Of a stretch of 64,000 nucleotides of DNA, positions 13,471-26,617 are shown piece after piece. Origin of the DNA: Oopsacas minuta (taxonomy: Eukaryota > Animalia > Porifera); assembly GCA_024704765.1 (NCBI GenBank), contig JAKMXF010000364.1:1-64000 (forward strand). Reading direction: 5' to 3'. The first letter of the stretch is position 1; every line of letters starts with the position of its first letter. Made by a program: the position numbers and the translations under genes. Under the pieces are notes generated by a model. It searched no databases and was not told where the DNA came from. It saw nothing but the letters and a program-made list of their open reading frames with translations.

Positions 13471-14673
13471 CACTGGACAACATTTTACAACTTATTTTTT
13501 ATTCCTTGCTCGTTTCAAGTTCACCTAGACTAATATGGCCATGCTGAATCCAAATCTGGCCTTAGATTTTTTCTAACACGTCACGTTTTTGAGATATGAC
13601 ATATGCACACAACAACCCGTAATTGTCATTTTGGCTAATTTTGGCTGTGCAGAACAAAACATTACATGTAATAAACACAGTGATTGCTAGTGAAAATAAC
13701 AGAATTATCATTTTGCACAATTTAACACAACCCAGGATGATTAAACCAGACAAAAATAACATTGTATCCTCTCAAAAGTGCTTTATACACTTGCTCTTTC
13801 GGGATGTTCAGTGTCAGTTCCACGCTGGAGAAACCAGCAGTAGTCCCCCATCATGTTTGGGTTAAATCGACCTCTATACTACGATTCCATCACGGTATAG
13901 AGGTCGAAAATCCAGCAATATTTGTTGTGCAAAAATAACAATCCGACGTATGGTTTTTAGGTTCTCGCCAAATCATAGGTACCGCAAATGGCATGGATTT
14001 CTTCTTTCCATTAAGCCATTGGATTAGACTGGCATAACAGACGGTACAGCAGATGTGAGGTGCCCAGTTCTTGTCTTGGTCACCAACTTTGCAACCAAAG
14101 TAATACTTGTAGCCAATCTTGACACGATTGGCAATATTTCTTCGCTGGGGCTTCGGCGTAAATTTTCCACAAATATAGCAGAAGTTATCTGGGTGGTTCG
14201 TGCATTGTCTCTGCTCGTATTCATTGTAAACAAAAAGCTTAAATACACAATCAGTTACAAACTAAAAATTCTGCAAAACAGTAATGTTGTTGGTTTATCG
14301 ATGCAGTCTACAATCCACTTGCAAGTAGGCTAAATAACCCCTCCTTATAGCCATGGCCAAGAACACTCAGAATGCCTTAATAGTCAAAAGATAGAACATT
14401 ACATTTACAAAATAATGTTAATATTAACCGTACATAATATGCATTGTTGACCAACAATTCGCTGGGAAAGAAAATTGTACAATAGGCCTAACTTGTACTG
14501 TATAGACCTTATAATATAGTGCCAATCAATGCAAAATCCGAATTTCGTGAATTTTCATATCTTGAAATCCTGACGTGATAGACCAATTCTGATTTCAGAT
14601 TTGGAATCAGCATCCCAAAGTTAGTCTAGGTAATATATTTTCATTTGAGGAATAAATTTGATGTTGCCCAGTG
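13471..14673 (-). mobile_element. Chapaev3-type (CMC) transposon, internally deleted, 1203 bp
   Basis: Termini CACTGGACAACA / CACTGGGCAACA with ~130-bp imperfect subterminal inverted similarity. 3-bp TSD TAA at 13468-13470 and 14674-14676. Minus strand encodes CTNHPDNFCYICG...YFGCKVGDQDKNWAPHICCTVC...VPMIWREPKNHTSDCYFC joined to C-terminal YRGRFNPNMMGDYCWFL. Confidence 0.9.
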
Positions 14674-15089
14674 TAATTAGTCATGCTCTACAGCACCATA
14701 ACAAAGAAGTAGTTAGTAGCGCAAATGCAGTTCACCACCGCTCGGACCATCGGAAACTTAGACCTCGCTACGCCACTGCATTTGGTCAAAGTGCTCATGT
14801 AAGGGCATGTGGTATGTTGAGGGGTACCTGTAATTGGAATAACAACCATCTAACATGTGTTTAGGCTGATGAGAAGCTAATGATGTGCATTTTCGAAATT
14901 CCATAAAGGTGATAGTTTTGTCATGATTTCGTCATAGGTAAGAATTTTGATCCAAGACTCGAGCTTGTCCGAGCGAGGCCCAAAATAACCTCAGTGCCAC
15001 AATCAGCACTGGGTGTTCTCCCAGATTCTTCAATTAATTCTGGTTATACAAATTTATATATATTCAGAAACACATATTAATCGCGTTAT

Positions 15090-15470
15090 AATAGTACACT
15101 AGCGCGACAGCTTAGTGCTCCAGGTGAGCTTGAGTATTCCACATCTAAATTTATTATGTAATTGGTCGCTATGCAACAGAGTAGACTCGGAAATTTGTGC
15201 CTCGAATTCACAAAATATTTACAATTTTAAGATTTATTATCCATGCTCCATCAAAATTAAATTGAATGGCCTTTGTGGTGAAACTGCAGATGCTAGTTTG
15301 CTCTGGGTTAGTCTCTCTGCACTCAGTGCCTCGGGTATTAAGAAATTCTGAAATTTTTCGAAATTTGGAAAAATTTGACATTTTTTACAGTCATGATACG
15401 TACTAGTCCCATGATGAGTTAGCTTTCGGTCAGATCCTGAAGTCAGGATATGTGTTACATTGAGGGTACC
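15090..15470. repeat. Dispersed repeat, related copy at ~44080-44460
   Basis: Both share ordered motifs such as ctagcgcg, attggtcgct, gtgcctcg, aagatttattat, aagaaattctgaaattt and tcccatgatg. Class unknown. Confidence 0.5.
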
Positions 15471-17653
15471 TGTTATCCAATTTCAAACTACTATGATGTA
15501 TATTTGCTGTTCAGTGGTAAATACGTGATTTTTGAAAAGCCAAAAAGGTGACAATGACTTCATAAATGCCTCATCATTGTGAATTGCCCAAGAATCGAAA
15601 TGCAAAAATTAGCCCTAGGAGTGCTTCAGTTTCTTCAATGAATTCTGGACATATAAACACATTTATATGAATATAGATACATGGATTTATTCCGTTTGAA
15701 TTGTATTGATATAGTTGGCAGGGTGGGGTCGAATTGCATTTGTTCAATTAATATTACGAATCAATTACAAGATTCTTATAATTTTTTCAATTTTGTTGGA
15801 CTCAGCTTATAAAGTCACATTAGACCAAGCTATTTTCACCCGATTAAGCGAAATACAGGTGCTGGCCCGATTATCCAGAGTAATTTAACACTATATCTAT
15901 GGTTATGTTTCAGGCCTAGTCCGTTCAACTAAGTTGACCCGATTTGACCTGTGGCTCTATTAAGCGGAGTCTCATCTACTTTGCAACTATAGATGTACAA
16001 AAAGCTCCATTTACAGATATTTTTCATAATTATCCCTCAATTAAGATTAGGGGTATATACACCAGAAAATAACCGATTTTTTGGATATCAGGCAGATCCA
16101 GTGTATGCAGCAAGTTTTAATACAGTGGTCTTCACTATTCCGAATAAGGGTAAAGGCTTATACAATCCATGGAAAATGGCCCAAAATGTATATAATGAGA
16201 AAAATATCCAATTTTATTGCAGATAAATATTTAATACTATATTATGCATGTTGGCAGCGCTTTCATCTATTGTACAACTTTTCAAAAATAGGCTCCCAGA
16301 TCCCACAGTGTTGTTTCAATTCATTTTGCTAATCCGAAGCTAAAAACGTGGCATGCGAGACGATTTTCTGTGGCCCGCAATTAATTCGCTTGTTTTCATT
16401 TTTCATATATATACAGTTGATTAACGTGTTCAATCGTCACAAAATAATTTTTTTCTATCCACCAAATAGAAATAATTTTAGATACTCTATAAATGCATCA
16501 ATTTCCTTTATAAATAAAGGATTTGGTAACTATAGTTGGTATTTACGAATAGCATCAATTATTAGAGCTCCACAAGTATAACGTAGGAGGCAGAACCTAA
16601 ATTGAAATACGAGTTATTTCTGTAATGTTATTCTAGTATGAACAGTATATAGTATACCCCAATCTATGTTTAGTACTATTGCCCTGTGCCAGATTTAGGT
16701 ATATGGGGGCCTCGTTCTAGGCAATTCCGGGCACCCCTGTAGCCAATTCAAAGCCGTCACGGTTCGCCCACCTGTCCCAAATTCCTCAATTTAGAATGTT
16801 TGTGTATATTGTATTCAAATTTTGTATATGTAAAATTCAGACCTATAAGTAGTACCACCCTAGCTGAAGGCCTATTTCGCCCACTGCAAGCATGGCAAGA
16901 CTTGTCATTACCTCTAATTATTTAGTTGCACAAAATACATTATGAAGATACAATAACTATAATTACTCTAGAAGATCACTCTGCTTGCTTTTCTGGACGC
17001 AAAATCATTAATAATGTCAGAGAAGTCAAACGTTTCTAGTATAAGATTTATTGTGATTAAAGTAGAAATACAGTGTGTATAAACTTAATGATGTTGAGTT
17101 GTGGGGGCTCTGTTCGGCCGTACACTCCGAACACTCCTAAATCCGGTACTGCTATTGTCCACTAGCTAGAAAACAAGCTGAGTTCAAAAGAAACATCAAT
17201 TGATTCGGGTCCATTTAAACGATTATAATTTAAGTGAATAACCTGATTTTACAGGTGGAATCCATTGATAATGCAATATGAGGTCAAATAATATTGCTTG
17301 AAAATTGTTTAAACTAAAGTCAGAGGCGATCTATGATTTGTGGCCCGCAAGGCGGAGCCTAATTTTTAAAGTGGCTCGCAAATTTAAAAGTTTGAGCACC
17401 CTGACATAAATGAATAAGGATTAATTTTTAGTTGGAAGGATATAGTACCTTTTATCCAAGTTTCACTATATAATGCTTTCTTTTCGGATAAAGCGTTTAC
17501 TACGCTACTTTTCTTTCCCCAATACTGGTAACAATCATTCTCTGATTTATTCTTTCTCGAGTGAAGTATCCATGTAGCTACATTGATACTTAATCGGACG
17601 GCCCAATGTGTCAAGACTCAGGATCTTACTAAATCTTTTTTTAATTTTCTTAT

Positions 17654-17929
17654 CAGTAGCGTAGCCCGGTTTTTGATTACTGTGGTGCGAGCTGTGGTGG
17701 AGACAGATGTGTATTACACAGTGAATTTATCTTTTGTCTGGGAATCTAAAAGTAGAAAATCATAATTTATATCATAAATTGTCTACAATCAAAACAATAC
17801 TCTCTGAAACCTTTCAACCATTATTATCATTAAATATCCAATACCATCTTGCCATTTTCAGCCTAACTAATTCCGAACAAGGAGTTGGGATGATTCGCAC
17901 CCCCGCGCACCACCTTGGCCACGCCTCTG
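17654..17929. mobile_element. hAT-type MITE
   Basis: Termini CAGTAGCGTAGCC / CAGAGGCGTGGCC. 8-bp TSD TTTCTTAT / TTTCTTAC (7 of 8 match). Confidence 0.7.
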
Positions 17930-18562
17930 TTTCTTACCCACACTATTTGTTTGAGGATTTGATTTTCATATGTACTTAGCTATCAAAATTTCTCGATTTA
18001 TGGATCCTGATAGCATTATAGAACCTGATATTTTAGATAGTAAAGTCTTTCTTGTCTATTATTGTGAGGATCAAATATGTGTTGAAGTATCAAATGCTCC
18101 CTGAATTCAATATAGGGAGACTAGTCCTGGATTGTATTTGCTGTTTTTTCACCCTTCGAAGGTTCAGACAATAAACGGCATAAGTGTATTGAGTTTGGAT
18201 TTATAAGTATGTCAATTCCCACTGAATGAACCAACCTACTTCGACACTTTTCTACGATAAAATACAAGAGTGTGGGGAAAGTATGATGTATGGAGAGCTG
18301 AACAAGCGAAATTTGAACAAGTTAGTGTAAATTTGATTCAATAGAGAATTTGGGAGGAAAGACTCTCAATTTCAAATATCATATGGCAGACTTGAAAGAT
18401 GAGTTTAGTGGTTATATTATCTCGGAGGAAATACCCTGCACGTGTTGGCACTTATAATGGATTAAATATTGTCAACGCAATTTTTGATAAGGCGGGAAGA
18501 TGTAGAATTGGATGAGGCTGGAATCATCAGAACTGGCATTTAATGATTGCGATGATATAGAT

Positions 18563-20870
18563 CAGGGGTCGGCAGCTGGCGGCCCGCCAAAACAATTTCA
18601 TGGCCCGCCGAAGAATGGGCTACAACCTTATTATATTACCATAATATTCTACTTACGTATATATTCATTGATGGCATTAGAAATCTGCTCATCACTGTCA
18701 TAAATTTTCCAACACAAAAATATTCCTTTTCAATACCTACTTTTTATATTTGTTATACAATATTTTCATTAGATAACTAAACGATTTAACTCCATCACTA
18801 TCTTACCATCATGTCTATTTGTAGTAGTAGCAAGAAAAGAAAAATTGACTCTGAAAATCGCGTATTCAAAGAAAAATGGACAGAACTATACTTCTTTGTG
18901 GATTCAAAAATAACCCCTTGTGTTTAATCTGCAACCAAATATAGGCATCAAACAAGGAATACAATTTAAAGCGGCATTACGAGACAAAACATACTGAATA
19001 TTCAAGGTATATAGGTCTTATGCGCTTGGGCAAAATATCAACACTGGAAATGTCATTAGCTGAACAGCAGATGAGTTTAATAAAATTGACTACAGAGCAG
19101 ATGAGCATCACTTGTGCTAGCTTCGCTATCAGCGCACTTCTAGCAAAAAAGTTGAAACCATTTTCGGACGGTGATTTCATTAAAGAATGTATTGAGACAA
19201 CAATTGAAATTCTCTGTTCTGAGAAAAGGCACTATTCTCTGCCATTAGTTTGTCAGCACGAACGGTTACGTGGCGAGTGGAAGAAATTTCTAGTACTGTC
19301 AATGGGTATTTTAAAGAACAAGCGAGTCATTTTCAGTATTATTCTCTTGCAATGGATGAAAGCACGGACGTGTCTGACACAGCCCAACTTGCAATCTTTG
19401 TAAGAGGTGTTAGTCAGAATTTTGATGTAACAGAGGAGTTTGCTAGTCTTGTCCCCATGAAAGACACTACGACTGGAGCTGATTTGCTGGAAGCTGTACA
19501 TCGAGTTCTTCGTGATTATAACTTGTCATTGGCGAATCTTACAGGATTAACTACTGATGGTGTGCCGGCCATGGTAGGCGCAAAACGAGGAGTGGTGTCA
19601 CTTATAGAAAAAGAAATTACAGAATTTGGTTTCACTCAAAAGCTATTGAAAACTCATTGCATTATTCACCAAGAAGCACTTTGTGCAAAATCTGTCAGCT
19701 TCCAAGATGTCATGAAAGTTGTGGTTAAGATAGTTAATTATATTCGATCAAGAGGTCTCAAACATCGTCAATTTAAGATATTTTTAGCCGAAATGGATGC
19801 TTGGTATGGGGATGTGTTGTATTATTCTCACATTCGCTGGTTGAGTAGGGGGGATATGCTTGAGCGCTTTTACAACATACGAAAAGAGATTCAAATTTTT
19901 ATGACAGACAATGGAAATGAAATTCCAGAATTGAACGATGTAACCTGGAATTGTGATCTTGCATTCTCGTGGATATTAGTGGTCACCTAAACAAGTTGAA
20001 CACTCAGTTACAAGGTAAAAATCAACTCATTAATGTGTTGTTTGATCATATTTGTGCATTTGATCTGAAGTTGAATCTTTGGCTGTCGCAATTGCAAAAA
20101 TGCAAATATTTCTCACTTTACAAAACTCGCTGACAACCACCCTATTGAGTTGAAAAAATACATATGTTTTCTTTTTGATTTGCAAGGAGAATTTTCTAGG
20201 CGGATTTCAGACATTCACGCCCATAAAAATGCACTCACATTGTTTGGCACTCCGCTCCTTGCGAATGTCAACGACGTGGAAGCTCATCTTCAAATTGAGC
20301 TAATCGAATTGCAGACAAATTCCATCCTCAAATCAAAATTGTCAGAAGTGGAAGTACTTGAGTTTTATCAGAAACATCTCCCCGTTCAACAGTTCCCTCA
20401 ATTATTATCGCATGCTAGACAAATTGCTTCACTTTTTGGTAGCACATATACATGTGAGCAATTGTTTTCTAGGATTAAGGTTGCTAAGAGCAACTCTCGC
20501 AACAGGCTATCTGATGACCATTTGGATGCAGTCCTACGATTATCTACTACCAATTTTTCGATTGATATTTCAAAGGCAGTGTCGGAGTGCAAGAATTATC
20601 AATTCTCACATTAAATGTAATCAGATACTGTATTTAGTAAATGGTGATTTATAGATGTTAGTTAGCTGTGTTAATTATAGCTATGAAATTTGTACTAACA
20701 GGAAATAATAAATATTTCTGCTAAAATAGATACATCAATTCTTTCAAGGACTTAAGGAGAATTAGTAGATATTCACCATACATGTACATAAAAAAATAGT
20801 CATCTAGTGGCCAGCACATCTATGAAAAGAGTTTATATGGCCCGCACTCAAATAAAGTTGCCGACCCCTG
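18563..20870 (+). mobile_element. hAT transposon of the Buster/Charlie/SPIN (GTF2IRD2-like) group, 2308 bp
   Basis: TIR CAGGGGTCGGCAGCT / CAGGGGTCGGCAACT. Perfect 8-bp TSD ATATAGAT at 18555-18562 and 20871-20878. Confidence 0.95.
18811..20614 (+). pseudogene. GTF2IRD2/SPIN-like hAT transposase pseudogene
   Basis: KKRKIDSENRVFKEKW, YNLKRHYETKH, KPFSDGDFIKEC, LAMDESTDVSDTAQL, TTDGVPAMVG, HCIIHQEAL, RWLSRG, FGSTYTCEQLFS. At least four frameshifts. Confidence 0.92.
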
Positions 20871-21852
20871 ATATAGATGTTGTTGGAATCGAATCAACTC
20901 TCTTATCAGATGCTCCATACCATCAATTTTGTGTCACTAGAATTGTCAGGTTCTTTCCCTGACTCCCTACTGACTAGCCTACATGGGGAATTTCTTCAAT
21001 TTTGGTCCCCGTGTTTATTTCACACAGCTCAATTAGCTGTAAAAGATCTTTTGAATACAAATTTATGTCACGGGGAAGAATTAACCTTATTTTGAGAGGT
21101 TTGTCAATAGTACTAAATGCTCAACAAAAGGGCTAGAGATTTTCATGAGAATCTTTTAACCTATCTTGCATGAATAAGACAAGGTGGAGTAGCCTGCATA
21201 AAGTATTACTTTTGGTGAAGAGTGCAGAAGAAAAAAGTTTATTAACTGAACTCCCAAACTTAAATTTGAACCTCCTGCGATATATGAGATGAATGTCCAG
21301 CGGGAATTATGCCAAACTCTTCAACCTGTTGCATTATTAACAAAGAATTCTAAGACAATTATGGAACGAGTGGGATGGTATTACCTGCACCTGCTCTTGA
21401 TATTGTATATAAAGAGCTTGATGAAATGTCTCTTAAATGTGTGAATAATAAATCTCTGTCCACTGTACTAAACAATATTCTCACAAAGCGTTTCAGGCTA
21501 TAAAATTGGATCAGTACATATCTCGACCCTCGATTTGGAACACAAGCCCTGGAAAATATTGAATGTCTAAATGTTCTAAAATCTGCAATGAACATTGTAA
21601 TAGACTTGAAGAGAAAGGCATTCAAAATCAAGAATACACACCCTGTACAAGAACCGACAATAAATGAAAAACCGTTTTTGAAACGAAGGAAGTCGTTTTT
21701 CTCTGTTATGTCTTACACAATTCAAATTAATCACTTCACTCCACTGACATAATTGAGAGGGAAATCACACTTTTCAAAGCTGGGCTCGTAATCTGGACCG
21801 ATTATTAGAAGTAGATCCAATTCATGATGGGAGAAGAATACTATGAAATTAC

Positions 21853-22253
21853 GATTGCCAATCACCTCGTATAGTTCGTAACTACTTCAACTAGTACCAT
21901 ACATAATCTCGTCCCAAATATCAACTCGTCCCTAACATCAGGCCATCCCAAATCCAATCAACATTGATGGTGCGTGTATAAGTAGTACAAGAAAAACTCT
22001 GGATCCATAAGCAATAAGAAATAACCTGAGACAACATCGAGTGGGTGTATAGTAGGTATAACTTGACCGAAATAATAGGTACCAGTTAACTAACAAGATT
22101 TCTAGGAGTTAATCATAATAGTAGACGACTAGTGCCTGAAATTTGCACGAGTTAACAAAACATTTTTGGGTCGAGTTTTGACCGAAAAAATAGATGCGAG
22201 TTGACTAAAAACATAAAGACAGGTTGAAATAGGTACGAGTTGACTTAGCTCCC
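21853..22253. mobile_element. Mutator-like MITE (~400 bp); related copy at ~50080-50450
   Basis: TSD GAAATTAC at 21845-21852 and 22254-22261 (9 bp with one mismatch if extended). Imperfect TIR gattgccaatcacctcgta / ggagctaagtcaactcgta, internal caactcgtcc repeats. The superfamily assignment is inference. Confidence 0.65.
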
Positions 22254-22814
22254 GAAATTACCACTCTTGGAAAATTAGCGAGAGTTCTCTTGGCACCACC
22301 AGCTACAATTTCAGATGTCGAACGATTATTCAGCATCGCTTGAAAAGAACACTGAAATGAACAACAATACATGACCCTGAGCTGTACTACCAGTCTGTCG
22401 GCTGATATTTTTGGAATTCTACTGTTACATTTTGGTTTATCCTTTCAGACTTATTGTATATTCGCAACACTCCACGTAGTGTACGTTAAATATTCAGAAA
22501 TTCTGAACAAAATTTTAATACCTCCTTTAATTAAGATCATAGGGGCCTTATGCCCCAAACTCACCAGCACTCCTTCCCATTAGTCTTTATAGAAGGGGAA
22601 CAAATATTTGTAGGGCCATATACTGAACAACCCAAAGCCCACCGTCAGGACCCTATTAACCATGTGGCAGCTGGGGGCTATTGCCCTGTGGCCCTTTGAC
22701 TTTGAGAGCAATATTGTCCTCTCCATAATTAGGGATACCCTCATTAACTCATGGTCCTTTCAAAATTTTGGGCCCACTACAGTTTAGGATACTCTAATCA
22801 GTTTTTTTATATTA

Positions 22815-24107
22815 CAGGGTGGCCAATAAGTTCTGTCCCCTCTCTGAAGAGTGATAACTATTTATGTAGCCATTCTTATAGATTATTGCTTGGCTATATC
22901 TAATAGATATGTGTAGTAATACATGAACAAATCCTTCTCTATGTAGCCACCTTTGTTCTTGACTACAATTTTAGTCGCGTCGGAAAGGACTACAATGCGG
23001 CTCGCAAGACATCCTGAGGAATCTTTTCCCACTCTGACTAATGATCTCTTCAGAGAGTCCAAATTGTTGTGGGACTTTGCACAAGCTTTTGCCTTCAATA
23101 TGATCCGGATCGAGAAGTCCATTGGGTTTACATCTTGACTTGAGGGAGGCCATTCTTCCTTTGAAAGAAATCCTGAAATATTCTCATGTAACCATTTTTG
23201 AGTGATATTGGCGGTGTTAGCCGGAGCACCGTCTTGTTGGAAGACAATGGTTGATTTCTAAATAGATTTCTCCTCGAGTGTTTAATTCTGCTTTAAGGAT
23301 CAACTGACGATTTGTTGCAGCATTTATCTTAACCCCTTCAGGTACAAATATTAACGGAGTCCGTCCATTCGCCGAAATACCGGCCCATACCATAATAGAT
23401 CGGGGTTTTTTTCCTAGCTTAATACAAAATATCCTCAGAGATGCTTGAAGAGTTTGGAGCTAGTATTCTGTCATTCTGTTTACTAGTAGCCTGCTCTATA
23501 TTGAATAATTTTTCATTAGAGAACAGAAGCCGGCCAACATTTTCAATTTCAAGCCGAGTAAGAAGACCCTTGCTTCTTGAGAGCCTCTTCAGTTTAATAG
23601 TCTCCTAAAGGAAATGAACAGTGTCCCTTTTATACGACCTGAAATCCAATTCATTCTTGACCAAATTTTGCTTCCATCCTTGAATATGTGGACATCAGCT
23701 GCCATTTCCACAAGGATCGTAGAGGATTCCTCCTTATTCGGTCCCTAACTTACTTCTTCATCTTGGGGTAGTGACAGACTTTGGACGACCACTTCGGGGC
23801 ATATCCCGAATGCTGCCCGTCTTCTGATAACGTAGGATAGTCCTCTATACGAACTTTCTCATTGATTTTTTAAAATTCAGCAATTTAAATTTCACCTTGT
23901 GATTTTCCTTTAGAAATAATTCAACAATGGCAGCCTTTCACAATACATAGAATATTGTAGAAGATTATTGAATAAACAGTGTATTGCTATAAAATATAAA
24001 GTATATTGTTTCTGAGAGTGATTGTATTGTATTAAACTTGTGGTAGCTTAATTAGTATTTATGTGATTTTGTAACAAAGAATGGGACAGAACTTAATCAC
24101 CACTCTT
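22815..24107 (-). mobile_element. maT / DD37D Tc1-mariner transposon, transposase pseudogene
   Basis: TIR CAGGGTGGCCAATAAGTTCTGTCCC / degenerate aagagtggtgattaagttctgtccc, TA flanks. RSGRPKSVTT, LFSNEKLF, VWAGISANGRTPLIFV, QQDGAPAN...WPPSSQDVNPMDF, with 37 residues between the last two D. Confidence 0.88.
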
Positions 24108-25179
24108 TAGATTAAGTTTAACGAGTGTGAAGTTGGCTGAATATTCGACCAGCAGTACTTAAATCATTAATTAGACTAACTCCTCATGGCCAGAATGTAA
24201 ATATCTTTGGACCATTCGGAAGAAGAGATACGGAAGTTCCTGAAGATGATTTTATATTTATACACTTTTAATTTTTCTTGAAATCATGGGCATGTATTCC
24301 TGCTGTATGGACTTTATGTGTTTAAAATATTATGTTAAAATAGCCAAACTTTTTGAGATATTTAGGTTTGATAACTGTCTTGTTTGAGTCGAGTCTCTAT
24401 TAGATTAGTACTAAGCACACAAATTTTATTAAACTTTCGAATCTAGTCTAACTATAATAACGCAAACAGATTACTGCAATACCAACTGTTCGATCTCAGT
24501 TGACTCATTATGAATTATTCAATGAATTATAGGATATACGAAGTAATTTCAATTATGTCATAGCCTTTATTTCCATATACTAAATAGATTAAATATAATC
24601 ACAGTTCGAAATGTCGAGTAGAAATGAATAATTTAGAGTTATTTGCTAAATTTCAATTAATTAATCAACTATGGTTAGATGTTACATAAAATCATTAAAT
24701 AAGATACATATTCACATGATAATTTCCCGATTTGAAATACAAAATACTGTGCTGGAGAGTAACCTCTTGAAATAGTCATTTGGTATCTCTATAAATATTA
24801 TCTTATATTTCATCCATTCATTAATAATCTCCTTTATATTATCACTTTCATTAAACAATCTTTCACGACTCTACAAATCTTTCTCATTTGTAAATCTACA
24901 AATCCGAACTCTTATACATGTCTTATTGGCAAGGTGTTTTGTCTATTTTCTATATACAGTATTTCTCGAATAGTACGCTGGGATGATTATATATTTCGAG
25001 GTTCCTTCAGGGGGCGAATATTCGAGGAAAAATTTGTCTAAATTCTGCCCTATATGTGGAAGATTGTATCATTTTCTTCACATTTTAGAATTATACTTTC
25101 GTTTCGACCCTCCATCAATGGAACCAAATAGTTCATTACTTCAAGTGGAATCAATATTTCAAATTGTAACTCCTTTTTC

Positions 25180-25780
25180 CTTCTATTGAAATTATTTCCG
25201 TCTCATCGGAATGCGCGTTAGATGTGCAATAGTCAATTGCTATAACAAAAGTTACGTTTATCTTGAAACGTTTTCTGGTGAGTACGGCGCATATTGCATT
25301 TTTATGATCCATTTTAGTTCCACTTTAGCTTCAGCTGTTACTTTTGTATCTCGAATCTACTTTCAATTCATACAAAGAGGTTGTGAGTTCACTTTCTGTT
25401 GGCCCGAGCGTTACCAATTCTATTTTGGGAATTATTTGTAAAATACTAAATTGATGCAATACTCCAGCTCAACGAAAATTTATTTATTTATGAAATGGAA
25501 AATAATTCACACAATATCAGTTTGTTATTCGAGCGAGTAATCGATCCATCAGTCTCGCCTCAGCCATCTATAGATTTCATACCGTGTAAATCGCTTTCTC
25601 CATTTCCACCATCTCCACAAAATACAACAAAATCATTGATTGCGACTTATTGTCTCGGCTCTTTCTCAATAAAGGATTTTCCATCTCTTCAAACTGCCAC
25701 AATTTATCGAGATATTGCCCATTGCCTGGAATCTGCATCTTCTTTTCATGATAATCATGAGGGAATATGTTAGGGAACAG
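25180..25780 (-). pseudogene. Highly degenerate mariner-like transposase remnant
   Basis: Minus-strand fragments resembling PH(D)Y, RDGKSFIE and YAPYSPE in the expected order, interrupted by many stops. Confidence 0.4.
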
Positions 25781-26617
25781 GATTTGTTAGATGATAGGCT
25801 GATGGTAATTAGGTCCTCCAGTTGGGTCCTGGCAATAAGTGACGATTTATGAGGGTATTGACCCCAGATAATGCGAGCATATGATATCTAAACTTATAAC
25901 ATTACATAAGTAAAGATTATTTTATCCCTAGTAGCTTACATAAAGATAATACAGGGTATTTAACATTTGAAATGGCGAAGGAGTGGGAAATTTGACAAAT
26001 TTTCGTATCAAATCCCCACCTTTGATCCATGTAGGCCCGGACTGGGAGGTGGGGACAACCATTGATAGGTGCATTAGCTGGAAAGCACTACCAACATAGC
26101 AGAGCGTTAAGCGCTCCACCTCCGCTCCTTACTCAGAAAAGGATCGCACTCTCCAATTGCTATCTTTTCATTACTTCAGAATTACATGATATTTGGTATA
26201 TTAAGTAATCAGGATTTTATTTAACCATTCTACATACGGGAATTATTAAATGTGCAACAACGTCAAACGATTTCAATAAATTGTGAATTATACAAAAGTG
26301 TCACAGCATCCACTTTAGATAGCAAAAATACTGAATTTTATGCAGAATAGCAATGATATTTGTAAATTGTTGGCAATTACATAGGAGCGCGTCCTTGAGA
26401 AATAGAGCGCCGCTCCACCTCCTGCTCCTGAATCATAAAATGGATCGAGCTCCAGGTACCGTTCCTCAAAATTGGAGGGCGCTCCATTAAGCTCTGCAAA
26501 CAACATATCTCTGAAGCATAATGTTACTCCATACGAGCGATGAACAATAAAAAGACAAACGATAGAAATAGACTTTGATAACAGTAAAAGTGAAGAAAAG
26601 TAATTTAACCGAATATA

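Larger units (their letters stand above)
18000..22343 (+). pseudogene. Old Ac/ZBED-like hAT transposase remnant, host to two later insertions
   Basis: BED-finger traces (KRHKCIEFG...TNLLRHF), FHTAQLAVKDLL near 21020, STYLDPRF near 21520, and hATC WEKNTMKL|PTLGKLARVLLAPPATISDVERLFSIA* rejoined after removing the inserts. Confidence 0.7.

Noticed and set aside
15993-16226. 77-aa ORF that looks protein-like
   Set aside because: No recognisable motif or clear splice partners; not supportable as a gene from sequence alone.
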